Source: a bacterium (GTDB lineage: Bacteria; Patescibacteriota; Patescibacteriia; 2-01-FULL-39-33). From it: DNA of 64,000 nt. The position numbers were made by a program, and so were the translations under genes. Below are positions 26,150 through 36,261 of this stretch, piece by piece (position 1 is the first letter of the stretch; the number at the start of each line of letters is the position of its first letter). Below the pieces are notes generated by a model. The model did not search any database, was not told where the DNA came from, and saw only the letters and a program-made list of their open reading frames with translations. Location of the stretch: positions 1,909-65,908 of the forward strand of contig JBAXTU010000002.1 in the NCBI GenBank assembly GCA_037130015.1. The letters are read 5' to 3'.

Positions 26150-27528
26150 ATCAAATTCTTGGCTGTTTCATAAATATTGCCAGCACCCATTATCATTAAT
26201 ACGTCAAAATCGCCTGACATCTTTCTTATTAAATTTTCAGTCGTTATTAAATCGCCTCCATAAATAGCCGACACGCCATTTTTCTTTATAGCCTCAACTA
26301 ATTTTTCGCTACTTATATCAAAATCTTTTGGATTTTCACGGCCCTCAACATAAAAAATATCAGAAATAATCACGTTGTCTGCGCCCACAAAACTTTTGGC
26401 AAAAGCGTCAAAAAAATTCTTGGTACGATTATACTGATGGGGCTGAAAAACAAACAAGATTTTTTTGCCACTAAAAAATTCTTTAACAGCTGTTATATTT
26501 TTTAAAATAGCATCTGGCGTGTGCGCATAATCAGCAATAATTTCTGCGTTTCCCAAAAATCCCAAACGTTCAAATCTCCTCCAAGCGCCATTAAAATCTG
26601 CTAATGATTTTTTAATAATCTCCCAATCAATGTTAAAAATCCTAGCCACAACTATAGAAGCGAGCGCATTATAAACATTAAATTTTCCCGGAATTTTTAA
26701 GCTGAAATTACCAGCCAAATCATTAGCCACAAAAACATCAAAATATTGCCGGCCATTTTCTGTATTAGCGCAAACAGCTTTGAAATCAGAATCATTGTCT
26801 ATACCAAAAGAAAATTTCTTGGCAGAAACATTCTTAGCAACTACGATTGAATTATTATTGTCATTATTAATAATAACAAAACCACTAGCTGGAATTTTTT
26901 TTAAATATGACTCAAAAGCTGAAATATAATCTGATTGATCATGAAAATAATCCAAATGATCCAGCCCGATATTAGTCACCACTGCCACGTTCGGATTGTA
27001 ATTATCAAAAGCTCGGCGATATTCATCACTCTCAAAAACAAAATATTTTGAGTTTCCAAGCCTGGCATTGCCTTCTAAAAAATCAGCTTGACTGCCCAGC
27101 ACCACGGTCGGGTCAAGGCCGGCCGATATAAAAATTTTAGCGATCATGGCTGTGGTCGTGGTTTTACCATCCGTCCCAGATACCCCTATGGGGTATTTAT
27201 CTTGTATAAGCAATCCTAGCAACTGAGGATAAGAAATTAATCTTAAACCCAAACTTTCAGCTTTAATTCTTTCCAAATTATCAACAGGCACGGCTACGCT
27301 ATAAACCACTAATTCTGCATCATTAACAAGATTACTTTCCAACTGAGGAACTTTTATTTCAATCCCCTCACCCCTAAGGCTTGCAATTACTTCGCTCTCT
27401 GACGCATCACTGCCATAAACATCTTTTCCAAGTCGTTTCAAAATTCTGGCCGTGGCCGAAATGCCGATACCGCCAATGCCGATAAAATAAATTTTATTTA
27501 TATTTTTTAAATCAATATTGTCTTTCAT
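26143..27528 (-). CDS. murC: UDP-N-acetylmuramate--L-alanine ligase MurC
   Basis: 461 aa; IYFIGIGGIGISATARIL N-terminus and GTDGKTTTTAMIA P-loop. Confidence 0.93.
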   Translation of the reverse strand: MKDNIDLKNINKIYFIGIGGIGISATARILKRLGKDVYGSDASESEVIASLRGEGIEIKVPQLESNLVNDAELVVYSVAVPVDNLERIKAESLGLRLISYPQLLGLLIQDKYPIGVSGTDGKTTTTAMIAKIFISAGLDPTVVLGSQADFLEGNARLGNSKYFVFESDEYRRAFDNYNPNVAVVTNIGLDHLDYFHDQSDYISAFESYLKKIPASGFVIINNDNNNSIVVAKNVSAKKFSFGIDNDSDFKAVCANTENGRQYFDVFVANDLAGNFSLKIPGKFNVYNALASIVVARIFNIDWEIIKKSLADFNGAWRRFERLGFLGNAEIIADYAHTPDAILKNITAVKEFFSGKKILFVFQPHQYNRTKNFFDAFAKSFVGADNVIISDIFYVEGRENPKDFDISSEKLVEAIKKNGVSAIYGGDLITTENLIRKMSGDFDVLMIMGAGNIYETAKNLIK

Positions 27529-27531
27529 AAA

Positions 27532-28599
27532 TTAATCTTTTCTAGTTAATCCCAAAAGCAAACTAGCAATCTTGTCCGCGCCATCTGGTGGCACCAATTT
27601 AGAAATATTACGTGATAAATTTTCTCTCTCCGGAGCGCTAAAAAGCAATTCTTTTATCATGGATATAAAAATTTCACTATTTAATGATTCTTGCGACAAA
27701 ACCATAACCGCATTATTTTTTTGGAAATACTGAGCGTTTAATTCTTGATGTCCAGGAATAGGAATAACAATGGCTGGTTTGGCCATAACTGCTAATTCGC
27801 ATAGTGATGACATGCCAGATCTACTAACCACCAAATCAGCGGCACAAAAAGCCTCAACTGTTTCATTGGTCAAAAATTCAAACTGATGATAATTTTCAGC
27901 CTCGGCTTGATTTTTTTTGCCAACACCAGTAATGTGCATCACTTGGCAAAACTGCAACAACTCTGCCAATGATTTTTCCACAGTTTCATTTATTTTATTG
28001 GCTCCAGTACCACCACCCATAATCAACACAGTTGGCAAAGAATCACTGAGACCAAATATTTTTTTAGCTTCTGTTTTTTCGCAAACACTAAATTCCTCAC
28101 GCACTGCATTGCCAGTAAAAACAGTTTTACCTTGGCCATAATCACGTAGTGACGGTTCAAAAGATATAGTGATAGTATTGGCGGTGTTGGCCATTAACTT
28201 GTTGGCAAGTCCAGCCAAAATATCCTGCTGATGAATCAAAACCCGACGACCCAAAATAGTTGCAGCCCATGTGACGGGCACACCAGCAAAACTGCCGGCG
28301 ATCATAATAGCATCTGGCTTGAATTTTAAAATAATAATAATTGACTGAAAAAAAGCGAATACAACTTTAAAGGGATCAATAAAATTTTTCCATGAAAAAT
28401 AACGTCTAAGTTTGCCAGAAACAATAACCTTAAACGGTATCTTATAACTCTCTACGGCTGTTTTTTCCGGTCCTTGACTGGTGCCTAAAAAAAGAAACTC
28501 CGTATCTGGCTTAATTTTTTTTATTTTTTGATAAACAGCTATTAAAGGACTCACTGAGCCCATAGTACCACCACCAACTAGCAATATTTTTATTTTCAT
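27532..28599 (-). CDS. murG: undecaprenyldiphospho-muramoylpentapeptide beta-N-acetylglucosaminyltransferase MurG
   Basis: 355 aa; VGGGTMGSVSPLIAV N-terminus; GT28 architecture. Confidence 0.93.
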   Translation of the reverse strand: MKIKILLVGGGTMGSVSPLIAVYQKIKKIKPDTEFLFLGTSQGPEKTAVESYKIPFKVIVSGKLRRYFSWKNFIDPFKVVFAFFQSIIIILKFKPDAIMIAGSFAGVPVTWAATILGRRVLIHQQDILAGLANKLMANTANTITISFEPSLRDYGQGKTVFTGNAVREEFSVCEKTEAKKIFGLSDSLPTVLIMGGGTGANKINETVEKSLAELLQFCQVMHITGVGKKNQAEAENYHQFEFLTNETVEAFCAADLVVSRSGMSSLCELAVMAKPAIVIPIPGHQELNAQYFQKNNAVMVLSQESLNSEIFISMIKELLFSAPERENLSRNISKLVPPDGADKIASLLLGLTRKD

Positions 28600-28611
28600 A
28601 TCCTTAATCTT

Positions 28612-29781
28612 TTAATTATTTTCAACTTGTTTTGATATATTAACTAAAATTCCGGCCGCTGCCAAGCACATCATCAAACTGGTACCGCCATAAGAAATAA
28701 ATGGCAAAGGCACGCCGGTCAGTGGCACTATGGCCACAATGGCGCCTATATTCAAAAAAGACTGTATAATAAACCAGCTAATAATACCAATGGAGAGCAA
28801 ACGGCCGAATTGATCAGGACAATGCAAAGCATTTTTTAAAACCCTCAAAACAATCATAACCAACAGAATAATAAAAGCTGTGGCTATAAAAAAACCAAAC
28901 TCCTCGGAGACAATGGCAAAAATTGAATCACCTGTCACTTCTGGCAAATAAGCAAATTTTTGCCGGCTATGCCCAAAACCCAAGCCAAACAAACGGCCAG
29001 AACCGACAGCTAGAAGCGCTTGATTAATATGATAACCAATGCCCAGTGGCTCTAATTCAGGATGCAAAAAAATAGTAAGGCGCTGGGCGCGATAAGGCGC
29101 CATTTTTATCAGCATCCAAATTCCAAATGCCCCGGCCACAGACAGCCACGACAAATGTTTCCAACTACCACCAGCCACAAAATACACAACTAGTGAAGTA
29201 GCCGCAATAATAGACATGGTGCCCATATCTGGTTCAAGCATAATAAGCAAAGTAATAATACCCAAAACAAAAATAAACGGCAAAAAACCTGTGTTAAAAT
29301 CCTTTAGATGTTGCACCTTGCGAGAAGACAACCAAGAAACCAAATAAATCAAAAAAGTCAGTTTGACTACTTCTGATGGTTGTAATGAATAGCCGAAAAA
29401 ATTAATCCAACTTTTGGCCGTACCATAGCCAGCACCAATACCAGGCATAAAAACCAAAGCCAATAATATAATACTAACTGCTAAAAACGGCACAGCCAGA
29501 GATTTTAGACGATAATAATTGAGACGGGAAAAAATAACAAATAATAATAGCCCCGGCAATAAACCGAATATAATCTGATGTTTAACATGCCAATAACCAT
29601 CATTAAATCTTTGCAAGCCCACGGCCACGCCAGCCGAAGACAAAATAGCCAAACCAAATAATGTTAAAATAGCAAACAGACAAACCAAATACCAATCAGG
29701 CTGTCCGGCATCATGACCACTGACCACGTCTTTTATCCAAGCTTTGGCTTTTTGGCGTAAATTTTTTAAATCAAATTTCAT
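28612..29781 (-). CDS. ftsW: SEDS-family peptidoglycan glycosyltransferase FtsW/RodA
   Basis: 389 aa polytopic membrane protein; dcw context between murG and murD. Confidence 0.88.
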   Translation of the reverse strand: MKFDLKNLRQKAKAWIKDVVSGHDAGQPDWYLVCLFAILTLFGLAILSSAGVAVGLQRFNDGYWHVKHQIIFGLLPGLLLFVIFSRLNYYRLKSLAVPFLAVSIILLALVFMPGIGAGYGTAKSWINFFGYSLQPSEVVKLTFLIYLVSWLSSRKVQHLKDFNTGFLPFIFVLGIITLLIMLEPDMGTMSIIAATSLVVYFVAGGSWKHLSWLSVAGAFGIWMLIKMAPYRAQRLTIFLHPELEPLGIGYHINQALLAVGSGRLFGLGFGHSRQKFAYLPEVTGDSIFAIVSEEFGFFIATAFIILLVMIVLRVLKNALHCPDQFGRLLSIGIISWFIIQSFLNIGAIVAIVPLTGVPLPFISYGGTSLMMCLAAAGILVNISKQVENN

Positions 29782-31178
29782 TATTTTAATTTCTTAACTA
29801 TATTTTTAAATTGGTTGCCTCTATCAAATTCATTTTTAAACAAACCAAAACTAGCGCAAGCTGGCGATAATAAAATAATATCCCCTGCTTTAGCAAAGCT
29901 TTTGGCCAGTCCGACAGCATCAATCATTGAAGCTGTTTCTGTCACTAAAAATTTTGAATTGGGCATTAATAATTTTTTTATTCTTTCTGAGCCAGTGTCT
30001 TTTAAGAGAATAACCACTCTACAATTTTTTTTAATTTCTTTAGCTAATATTTTAAAATCTAATCCTTTATCAGAACCACCAGCTATTAATATGATATTTT
30101 TATTTTTAGCAATGGCTTTTAAAGCTGAGAGTGTGGCTTCTGGCGTGGTAGAAGTGGTGTCATTATAATATTTAATACCACCGATTTCTTTTAAAAATTC
30201 CAAACGATCAGGAATTCCCTTAAAATCCTTAATTACTTTTTTAATATTTAAAATTTTAATACCGCTAATTCTGGCCGTACAAATAGCGCCCAAGGCATTA
30301 TACAAATTATGAACCCCAGGAATTTTAATATCAGACACTGAACAAATATTTTGTTCAACACCATTTTGACGAAAAACAATCTTACCACCTCGGACAAAAA
30401 TTCCGTTTTCATGTTTGAACTCATGAAGCGAAAACCAAAATCTTTGAGCAGACACAAGACGACCCATTTTTTTAGTCCAAGCATTATCACGATTTAAAAT
30501 AACAAAATCATTTTTATCTTGCCAGGCAAAAATATTTTTTTTAGCCTCGGCATAATCTTCCAAATTATCATAAGTATTTAGATGATCAGGATAAATATTA
30601 GTGAACACAGCAATATGGGGCGACAATTTTTTTGATTCCAAAGACTCCAATAACCAAGAAGACAATTCCAAAACTATTTTTCCATTTTTTTTAACCTTAG
30701 CCATTTGCGACAAAGGCGACTTGGTAATATTGCCGCCAAGCACCGAATTTTTATCCTGAGTTTTTATAAACTCATAAATCAAAGTTGTGGTCGTACTTTT
30801 GCCCCTAGTGCCTGTAATAGCCACGATTCTTTTTTTATCAACCAGCTGAAAAAATAAAGAAATATCTGTTTCAATAGGAATATTGTTTTCTTTGGCGATT
30901 TTTAAAAATTTTGAAGTACGTGGCACGCCTGGATTTTTTATTATCAAATCAGCAGATATAAAATCACTTTCACGATGTTCACCCAAAACAAATTTTATTT
31001 TCTTGGCATCACTGCCTAGTCGTTTAATTTGTTCCTGTAATTGCTCTTTACTTTTTAAATCCGTCACAGTCACTTTGGCTTTTTGAGACAACAAAAATTT
31101 AGTGGCGGAAATACCACTACCATCTTCATACAGGCCCAAGCCCATAACCGTGACTTTTTTATTTTTAAGATTAAGCAT
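29781..31178 (-). CDS. murD: UDP-N-acetylmuramoylalanine--D-glutamate ligase MurD
   Basis: 465 aa; VTVMGLGLYEDGSG N-terminus; ITGTRGKSTTTTL P-loop. Confidence 0.92.
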   Translation of the reverse strand: MLNLKNKKVTVMGLGLYEDGSGISATKFLLSQKAKVTVTDLKSKEQLQEQIKRLGSDAKKIKFVLGEHRESDFISADLIIKNPGVPRTSKFLKIAKENNIPIETDISLFFQLVDKKRIVAITGTRGKSTTTTLIYEFIKTQDKNSVLGGNITKSPLSQMAKVKKNGKIVLELSSWLLESLESKKLSPHIAVFTNIYPDHLNTYDNLEDYAEAKKNIFAWQDKNDFVILNRDNAWTKKMGRLVSAQRFWFSLHEFKHENGIFVRGGKIVFRQNGVEQNICSVSDIKIPGVHNLYNALGAICTARISGIKILNIKKVIKDFKGIPDRLEFLKEIGGIKYYNDTTSTTPEATLSALKAIAKNKNIILIAGGSDKGLDFKILAKEIKKNCRVVILLKDTGSERIKKLLMPNSKFLVTETASMIDAVGLAKSFAKAGDIILLSPACASFGLFKNEFDRGNQFKNIVKKLK

Positions 31179-31195
31179 TATTAATTTTAATTATC

Positions 31196-32260
31196 TTAGT
31201 GCCACGCCCCCCTGTCCAGCAAAAAAATCGCAAGTCCCACAATAGACATCATGGCCGATATTACCCAGAAACGCATCACCACCTTGGCCTCGGGCCAACC
31301 CAGCGCTTCAAAATGATGATGAATAGGGGCTGACAAAAAAACTTTTTTGCCATTTCTAAATTTCTTTGATAGCACTTGAATAATCACAGACATTGATTCA
31401 ACCACAAACAAAAAACCAATGATCGGCAAAAGAAAAACCGCATTAGTATAGAGCGCCATAATCGCCAAAGTGACGCCGAGCGCCATAGCGCCAGTATCAC
31501 CCATAAAAAATCTGGCTGGTGGAATATTGAACCACAAAAAAGCCAACAACGCGCCAATAACCACCCCGCAAAAAGCAGCCAAATCATAATGGCCTTGAAA
31601 AAAAGCAATAGCACAAAAAGATAAGAAAGAAGTGAGCAGAGTGCCACCAGCCAACCCATCAAGTCCGTCAATTTCATTAACCGAAAAAGCCGTAGCCACC
31701 ACGATAAAAATCACTAGTGGCAAATACCATAAGCCTAAATTAAAAGTGGCCACAAAAGGCACATGAATAAAATCCCATTGCAATTTGAAATAAAACCACC
31801 AAGCCACGGCCATAGCAATCAGAGTATAAACCATCAGCCGATGCTTCACTGATAAGCCTCCGCCATAAGGCCCGATTTTTCTCACATTTAAATAATCATC
31901 AAAAAGACCAACCAGGGCTGTAGCTACTAGCGCGCCTAGTGGCAACCAAGTCTCACTCCTACTTAAAAAATTCAAACTACTAAACACATGATCAAATATT
32001 TGACTCAAATAAAAAAACCCTAGGGAAATAATTAGTACTGTCAACCAGATAAGAATCCCACCCATAGACGGAGTGCCTGATTTTTTTTGATGCAGGTTGG
32101 AAAAAATAGGCGCCTTCTCAGAAGTCCTGATTTGCTTACCCAATTTATATTTGTACAAAAAATGAGTCAAAAGTGGCGTCCACAAAACAGCTACAGCGAA
32201 TGACAAAAAAATCAAACAGAAAATTTTAATGACATAAAAATTACCGACTGCCTCAGGCAT
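31196..32260 (-). CDS. mraY: phospho-N-acetylmuramoyl-pentapeptide-transferase MraY
   Basis: 354 aa polytopic; NEIDGLDGLAGG and HHHFE motifs. Confidence 0.93.
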   Translation of the reverse strand: MPEAVGNFYVIKIFCLIFLSFAVAVLWTPLLTHFLYKYKLGKQIRTSEKAPIFSNLHQKKSGTPSMGGILIWLTVLIISLGFFYLSQIFDHVFSSLNFLSRSETWLPLGALVATALVGLFDDYLNVRKIGPYGGGLSVKHRLMVYTLIAMAVAWWFYFKLQWDFIHVPFVATFNLGLWYLPLVIFIVVATAFSVNEIDGLDGLAGGTLLTSFLSFCAIAFFQGHYDLAAFCGVVIGALLAFLWFNIPPARFFMGDTGAMALGVTLAIMALYTNAVFLLPIIGFLFVVESMSVIIQVLSKKFRNGKKVFLSAPIHHHFEALGWPEAKVVMRFWVISAMMSIVGLAIFLLDRGAWH

Positions 32261-32271
32261 AAAATAAAAAA

Positions 32272-32649
32272 TTAAAAATTAATATAAATTAATAAAGAAC
32301 CGGCCAACAAAACAATCAAATTAAAAATCAAAGCCGACAAGACAAAAAAATAACTTAACATTCTTTGCTTTAAATAGATATGAAAAATAATCAAAAAATT
32401 AATTACTAAAACAATTAGCCCGCTAGCCGGAAGCAATAGCACTTGTTGCCATGGCCCCAAAGAGCTAATCCCAAAATAAACAGTATAACCTAGAATAATA
32501 TATTCTGTTGATTGCCAAAAATTAAAAAATAATATTATCCACAGAATAATATTAATGATAATGGAAGCAACTAGGCCACCAAGGATGATTTTGTTTCTGG
32601 CCGAGACTCGTGCCAAAGAAAAAACCTCTGAGAGACGCAATAAAAACAT
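32272..32649 (-). CDS. hypothetical 4-TM membrane protein
   Basis: 125 aa, very hydrophobic, tightly spaced upstream of mraY. Confidence 0.45.
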   Translation of the reverse strand: MFLLRLSEVFSLARVSARNKIILGGLVASIIINIILWIILFFNFWQSTEYIILGYTVYFGISSLGPWQQVLLLPASGLIVLVINFLIIFHIYLKQRMLSYFFVLSALIFNLIVLLAGSLLIYINF

Positions 32650-32712
32650 AATTTGACTATATTTGTCTACTATTATTTAATTATAAACGATAATAGTCAT
32701 AATTGTCCACTA

Positions 32713-32741
32713 TTGACAACTTTATGTTTATATTGTAATGT
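32713..32741 (+). promoter_or_regulatory. sigma70-like promoter TTGACA-17-TAATGT
   Basis: read from sequence, 50 bp upstream of 32792 CDS. Confidence 0.4.
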
Positions 32742-32791
32742 AAAAGGTTAAATATTTAAATCTAAAAAAATATCTAAATTTAAACAAAAAT

Positions 32792-33589
32792 ATGGAACAA
32801 GAAAAAATCTTTAGTTTAAAAAACATTCTCACTGTGGCTTTTGTTGCCACTATTGTGACTGTTTTAACTTTGGGCCTTAGTTTATGGCAAACCCCAAAAT
32901 ACAAAGCCTCAGCCAAATTGATGGTGATCATTAATCAAGATAACGTTGATTCCTACACAGCTTCACGCTCTGCTGACTATATCGCCAACATTCTTACTGA
33001 GGTATTGTATTCAAATTCTTTCATGAATCAAGTACTGACCAGCGGATTTAATGTCCAAGACAACTTCGGCTTTTCAACTGATGAGCGCCTAAATAATTGG
33101 GAAAAAGAAGTCAAAACTCAAGTCAAGCAAAATGAAGGCATTATTCTTTTGGATGTTATGGGTGATGATCAGAGCCAAGCTCAAAAAATTGCCCAATCAA
33201 CCAGCTATCTATTAATGACTAGAAACAGCGACTATCATGGTTTGGGCAATAAAATTTCAGTCAAAATTCTAGACAATGCCTCTATTTCTTACACTTGGTC
33301 ACAAAACAAAATTGCCACTAATACTGGCTTGGGCTTTTTAGCCGGCTTAGTTTTGGGCTTCTTCTTTATTATTATCTTCCCTCAACAACAACTCTTGGCT
33401 GTCTTTTTCGGCTATGGCAAAAAAAGAAAAGATGAAACCATTGAACTGACACAGCCAGAAGACTATTGGTCTCAAAATTATGAAACACCTACATTTCCAA
33501 CTGAAATAATTAATGAGACTGAATCAGAACAAGAACAAACAGAAGAAAACAAAACCGACAAAAACGGCAACCAGTACTACGGCTGGTAA
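32792..33589 (+). CDS. Wzz-like polysaccharide chain-length determinant protein
   Basis: 265 aa; N-terminal TM then Wzz-like periplasmic domain, C-terminal TM (GFLAGLVLGFFFIIIF). Confidence 0.55.
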   Translation: MEQEKIFSLKNILTVAFVATIVTVLTLGLSLWQTPKYKASAKLMVIINQDNVDSYTASRSADYIANILTEVLYSNSFMNQVLTSGFNVQDNFGFSTDERLNNWEKEVKTQVKQNEGIILLDVMGDDQSQAQKIAQSTSYLLMTRNSDYHGLGNKISVKILDNASISYTWSQNKIATNTGLGFLAGLVLGFFFIIIFPQQQLLAVFFGYGKKRKDETIELTQPEDYWSQNYETPTFPTEIINETESEQEQTEENKTDKNGNQYYGW

Positions 33590-33620
33590 AAAATAATAAA
33601 ATATTTCTTAACTAAAAGTC

Positions 33621-35057
33621 ATGATTATCGGCAACAGACAAATCAGCCAAACGACTTTTTACCAAACAGTGGCCTATACCTATTTGGCCACTTTTGTTAT
33701 TACCTCAATTTTTTTGGGCCTGTCACCAATTTTATTCGCTTTATTTACCGCAGTCGGAGCAATTTTTATTTTAGCTTACGCTGAACTCGGACTGTGGCTA
33801 ATTATTGTTTTTACCATGTTATTTGAAAGATTTTTCACGCTTCAACCACTTATCATCAACCAAAATACTTATAAACTATACCCACTGGATATTGTCATGG
33901 GCCTTTTAATTTTCAGTATTTTGTTTTCATTAATCAAATCAAAAAATAAAAATAAAATCACCATTGGCTGGCCAGAAAAATTAATCCTGCTGTTTATCAC
34001 TATTTCCGGATTATATTTTATCAGAAGTCTATTTGATATTAATGCCGATTTTGATGTGGCTTTTAGCAGTTTCAAAAATTATGCTTTTTATCCCCTGCTT
34101 TATTTCATTACAATCTATCTTATAAATGACGCTAAAAAATTCAAGCATACCTTGCATACCATTCTAATATCTGGAGTACTGATTATTGGTTTTATTATTA
34201 TCGGTGTCATTACTGGCCAAGGTTTGTGGACAGAATATACTCCGCTTTCTACCGCTGGTGTTCGCTTACTCGCAGGTACACACGCCTTTTATCTAGTTTT
34301 ATGTTCGCTGATTGTTTTGTCACTCCTAGCTTATAAAAGATTTTTCAGCAACCAGTTGCCAACCATGATTTTATGGATCTGGTCATTTGGTATTGCTATG
34401 TCTTTAATGCGCCATCTGTGGCTGGGTTTAGTTTTTGGCGGAGCTGTTATTTTTGCACTCATACCGAGAAAAAATAAAAAAATCCTAGCTTCTTATGGCG
34501 GTAAAAATATTTTAACCGTCTTTGCTATTTTGGTTGTTCTTATTATGGCTGGCAATATTTTCTTTACTTATGATTTAAATAATCCGGTTTTTAATTTTTT
34601 GCAAGATTTGCAAATTAGAGCCGCTTCTATTGGCAACACTTCTATTGACACCAGTGTTGCTTGGCGTTTTAGTTTGTGGCAATCAGCTCAAGAAGTCTGG
34701 TTGACCAATCCTATTTTTGGTATTGGTTTGGGGCATATTATTCCGCTAGAACTTGACGGCTGGAGAACTTTTGAAGAAGTACGCAATCTACACAACTCAC
34801 TATTAGCTATTTTGGTGCAAATGGGACTGCTCGGCTTGATTTCATTTTTAGGACTGATTGCCTCTGTACTGATTACCAGCAGAAAAAAGATTTTTAATGA
34901 TCAAAATTTAACACCATATTATATCGGACTTTATGCTGGCGTAGCAGTCATTCTTTTTTGCAGTTTATTTCAGCCTTATTTTGAAACTAATTTGACCGCG
35001 ATTTTTTTGTGGATTTTCTTAGGCCTAATTGCCACCAGCCGTAATCTCAAAACTTAA
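33621..35057 (+). CDS. O-antigen ligase/polymerase-like (Wzy_C domain) membrane protein
   Basis: 478 aa, >10 TM; NLHNSLLAILVQMGLLGL motif of O-antigen ligase family. Confidence 0.68.
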   Translation: MIIGNRQISQTTFYQTVAYTYLATFVITSIFLGLSPILFALFTAVGAIFILAYAELGLWLIIVFTMLFERFFTLQPLIINQNTYKLYPLDIVMGLLIFSILFSLIKSKNKNKITIGWPEKLILLFITISGLYFIRSLFDINADFDVAFSSFKNYAFYPLLYFITIYLINDAKKFKHTLHTILISGVLIIGFIIIGVITGQGLWTEYTPLSTAGVRLLAGTHAFYLVLCSLIVLSLLAYKRFFSNQLPTMILWIWSFGIAMSLMRHLWLGLVFGGAVIFALIPRKNKKILASYGGKNILTVFAILVVLIMAGNIFFTYDLNNPVFNFLQDLQIRAASIGNTSIDTSVAWRFSLWQSAQEVWLTNPIFGIGLGHIIPLELDGWRTFEEVRNLHNSLLAILVQMGLLGLISFLGLIASVLITSRKKIFNDQNLTPYYIGLYAGVAVILFCSLFQPYFETNLTAIFLWIFLGLIATSRNLKT

Positions 35058-35061
35058 TTTT

Positions 35062-36261
35062 ATGAAGATACTCGTTATCAACAAATTTTTATATCCCAAG
35101 GGCGGAGCCGAAACTTATCTGCTTGCCCTTTCAAAACTTTTGCGCCAAGATGGCCATGAGGTGATTTATTTTTCCCAACAAAATAAAAAAAATATTTCTG
35201 CCTCAACAGCTAAATATTTTTTACCAGATTTGGATTTGTCAGGCCAAAATAAAAAAAATATTTTAGGTCTAGGACGAATTTTTTGGTCTTTTTCAGCTCA
35301 AAAAAAATTAGATCAATTAATTAAAACAGAAAAACCAGACTTGGTGCATCTGCACAATATTTATCATCAAATTTCCCCTTCAATTCTTAAAACCATCAAA
35401 AAACATAACCTGCCAGTAGTCATGACCGTGCATGATTTTAAATTAGTCAAACATGATTATACTCTGCGCGCCGATGGCCAAAAAACCAGACACAAAAATT
35501 CACTGGCTATTGATTTATTACTCAAGGCTGAAATGACTTTTCATAAACTGTTAAAAATTTATGAAAAAAATATTGATTTGTTTATTGCACCATCAGAATT
35601 TGTAAAAAAAGAACTGCTAAAAAAAGGCTTTGACGAAAAAAAAATCATAGTAGTACCACATTTTATTGACTTAACTACTTACCCTAATTCTCAAAATACC
35701 GAAGCTGGAGATTATATTCTTTACGCTGGCCGATTGGACGAAAGTAAAGGCGTTGATCTATTAATAAAAGTGGCCAATCGTATCAATAATAATTTAAAAT
35801 TAAAAATTGCCGGCACGGGCCCGCAAGAGAAAAAACTGCACGAACTGGTAAAAAAACTAGGCGCTGAAAAAAAAGTAGAATTTTTAAAACACTTGGACAA
35901 ACAGCAATTAATCAATGTGATTAAAAATTGTCGCTTCACAGTTTTTCCTTCGCGAGTACACGAAACTTTTGGCTTGGGAATTTTAGAAAGCTATGCTTGT
36001 TTCAAGCCAACCTTGGCTTCTAGGGCAGGCGCCTTTACTGAAATTTTACAAGATGGCCAAACTGGTATATTATTTGAAGTGAACGATGCCATCGGATTAA
36101 AAAAAATAATTGAGACTTTATGGAATGGTCCAAGCTTGGCAGTTATGGGGAAAAAAGGAAGAAAACTAGTAGAACAAAAATATCAACCACAAAAACATTT
36201 AGAACAAATTTTAAACATCTATAATAATTTAAAAGATGAAAAAAATTCTGCTGGCAATTAG
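35062..36261 (+). CDS. glycosyltransferase family 1 (GT4-like)
   Basis: MKILVINKFLYPKGGAETY N-terminus; C-terminal EtfGLgilESyA GT1 motif. Confidence 0.8.
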   Translation: MKILVINKFLYPKGGAETYLLALSKLLRQDGHEVIYFSQQNKKNISASTAKYFLPDLDLSGQNKKNILGLGRIFWSFSAQKKLDQLIKTEKPDLVHLHNIYHQISPSILKTIKKHNLPVVMTVHDFKLVKHDYTLRADGQKTRHKNSLAIDLLLKAEMTFHKLLKIYEKNIDLFIAPSEFVKKELLKKGFDEKKIIVVPHFIDLTTYPNSQNTEAGDYILYAGRLDESKGVDLLIKVANRINNNLKLKIAGTGPQEKKLHELVKKLGAEKKVEFLKHLDKQQLINVIKNCRFTVFPSRVHETFGLGILESYACFKPTLASRAGAFTEILQDGQTGILFEVNDAIGLKKIIETLWNGPSLAVMGKKGRKLVEQKYQPQKHLEQILNIYNNLKDEKNSAGN

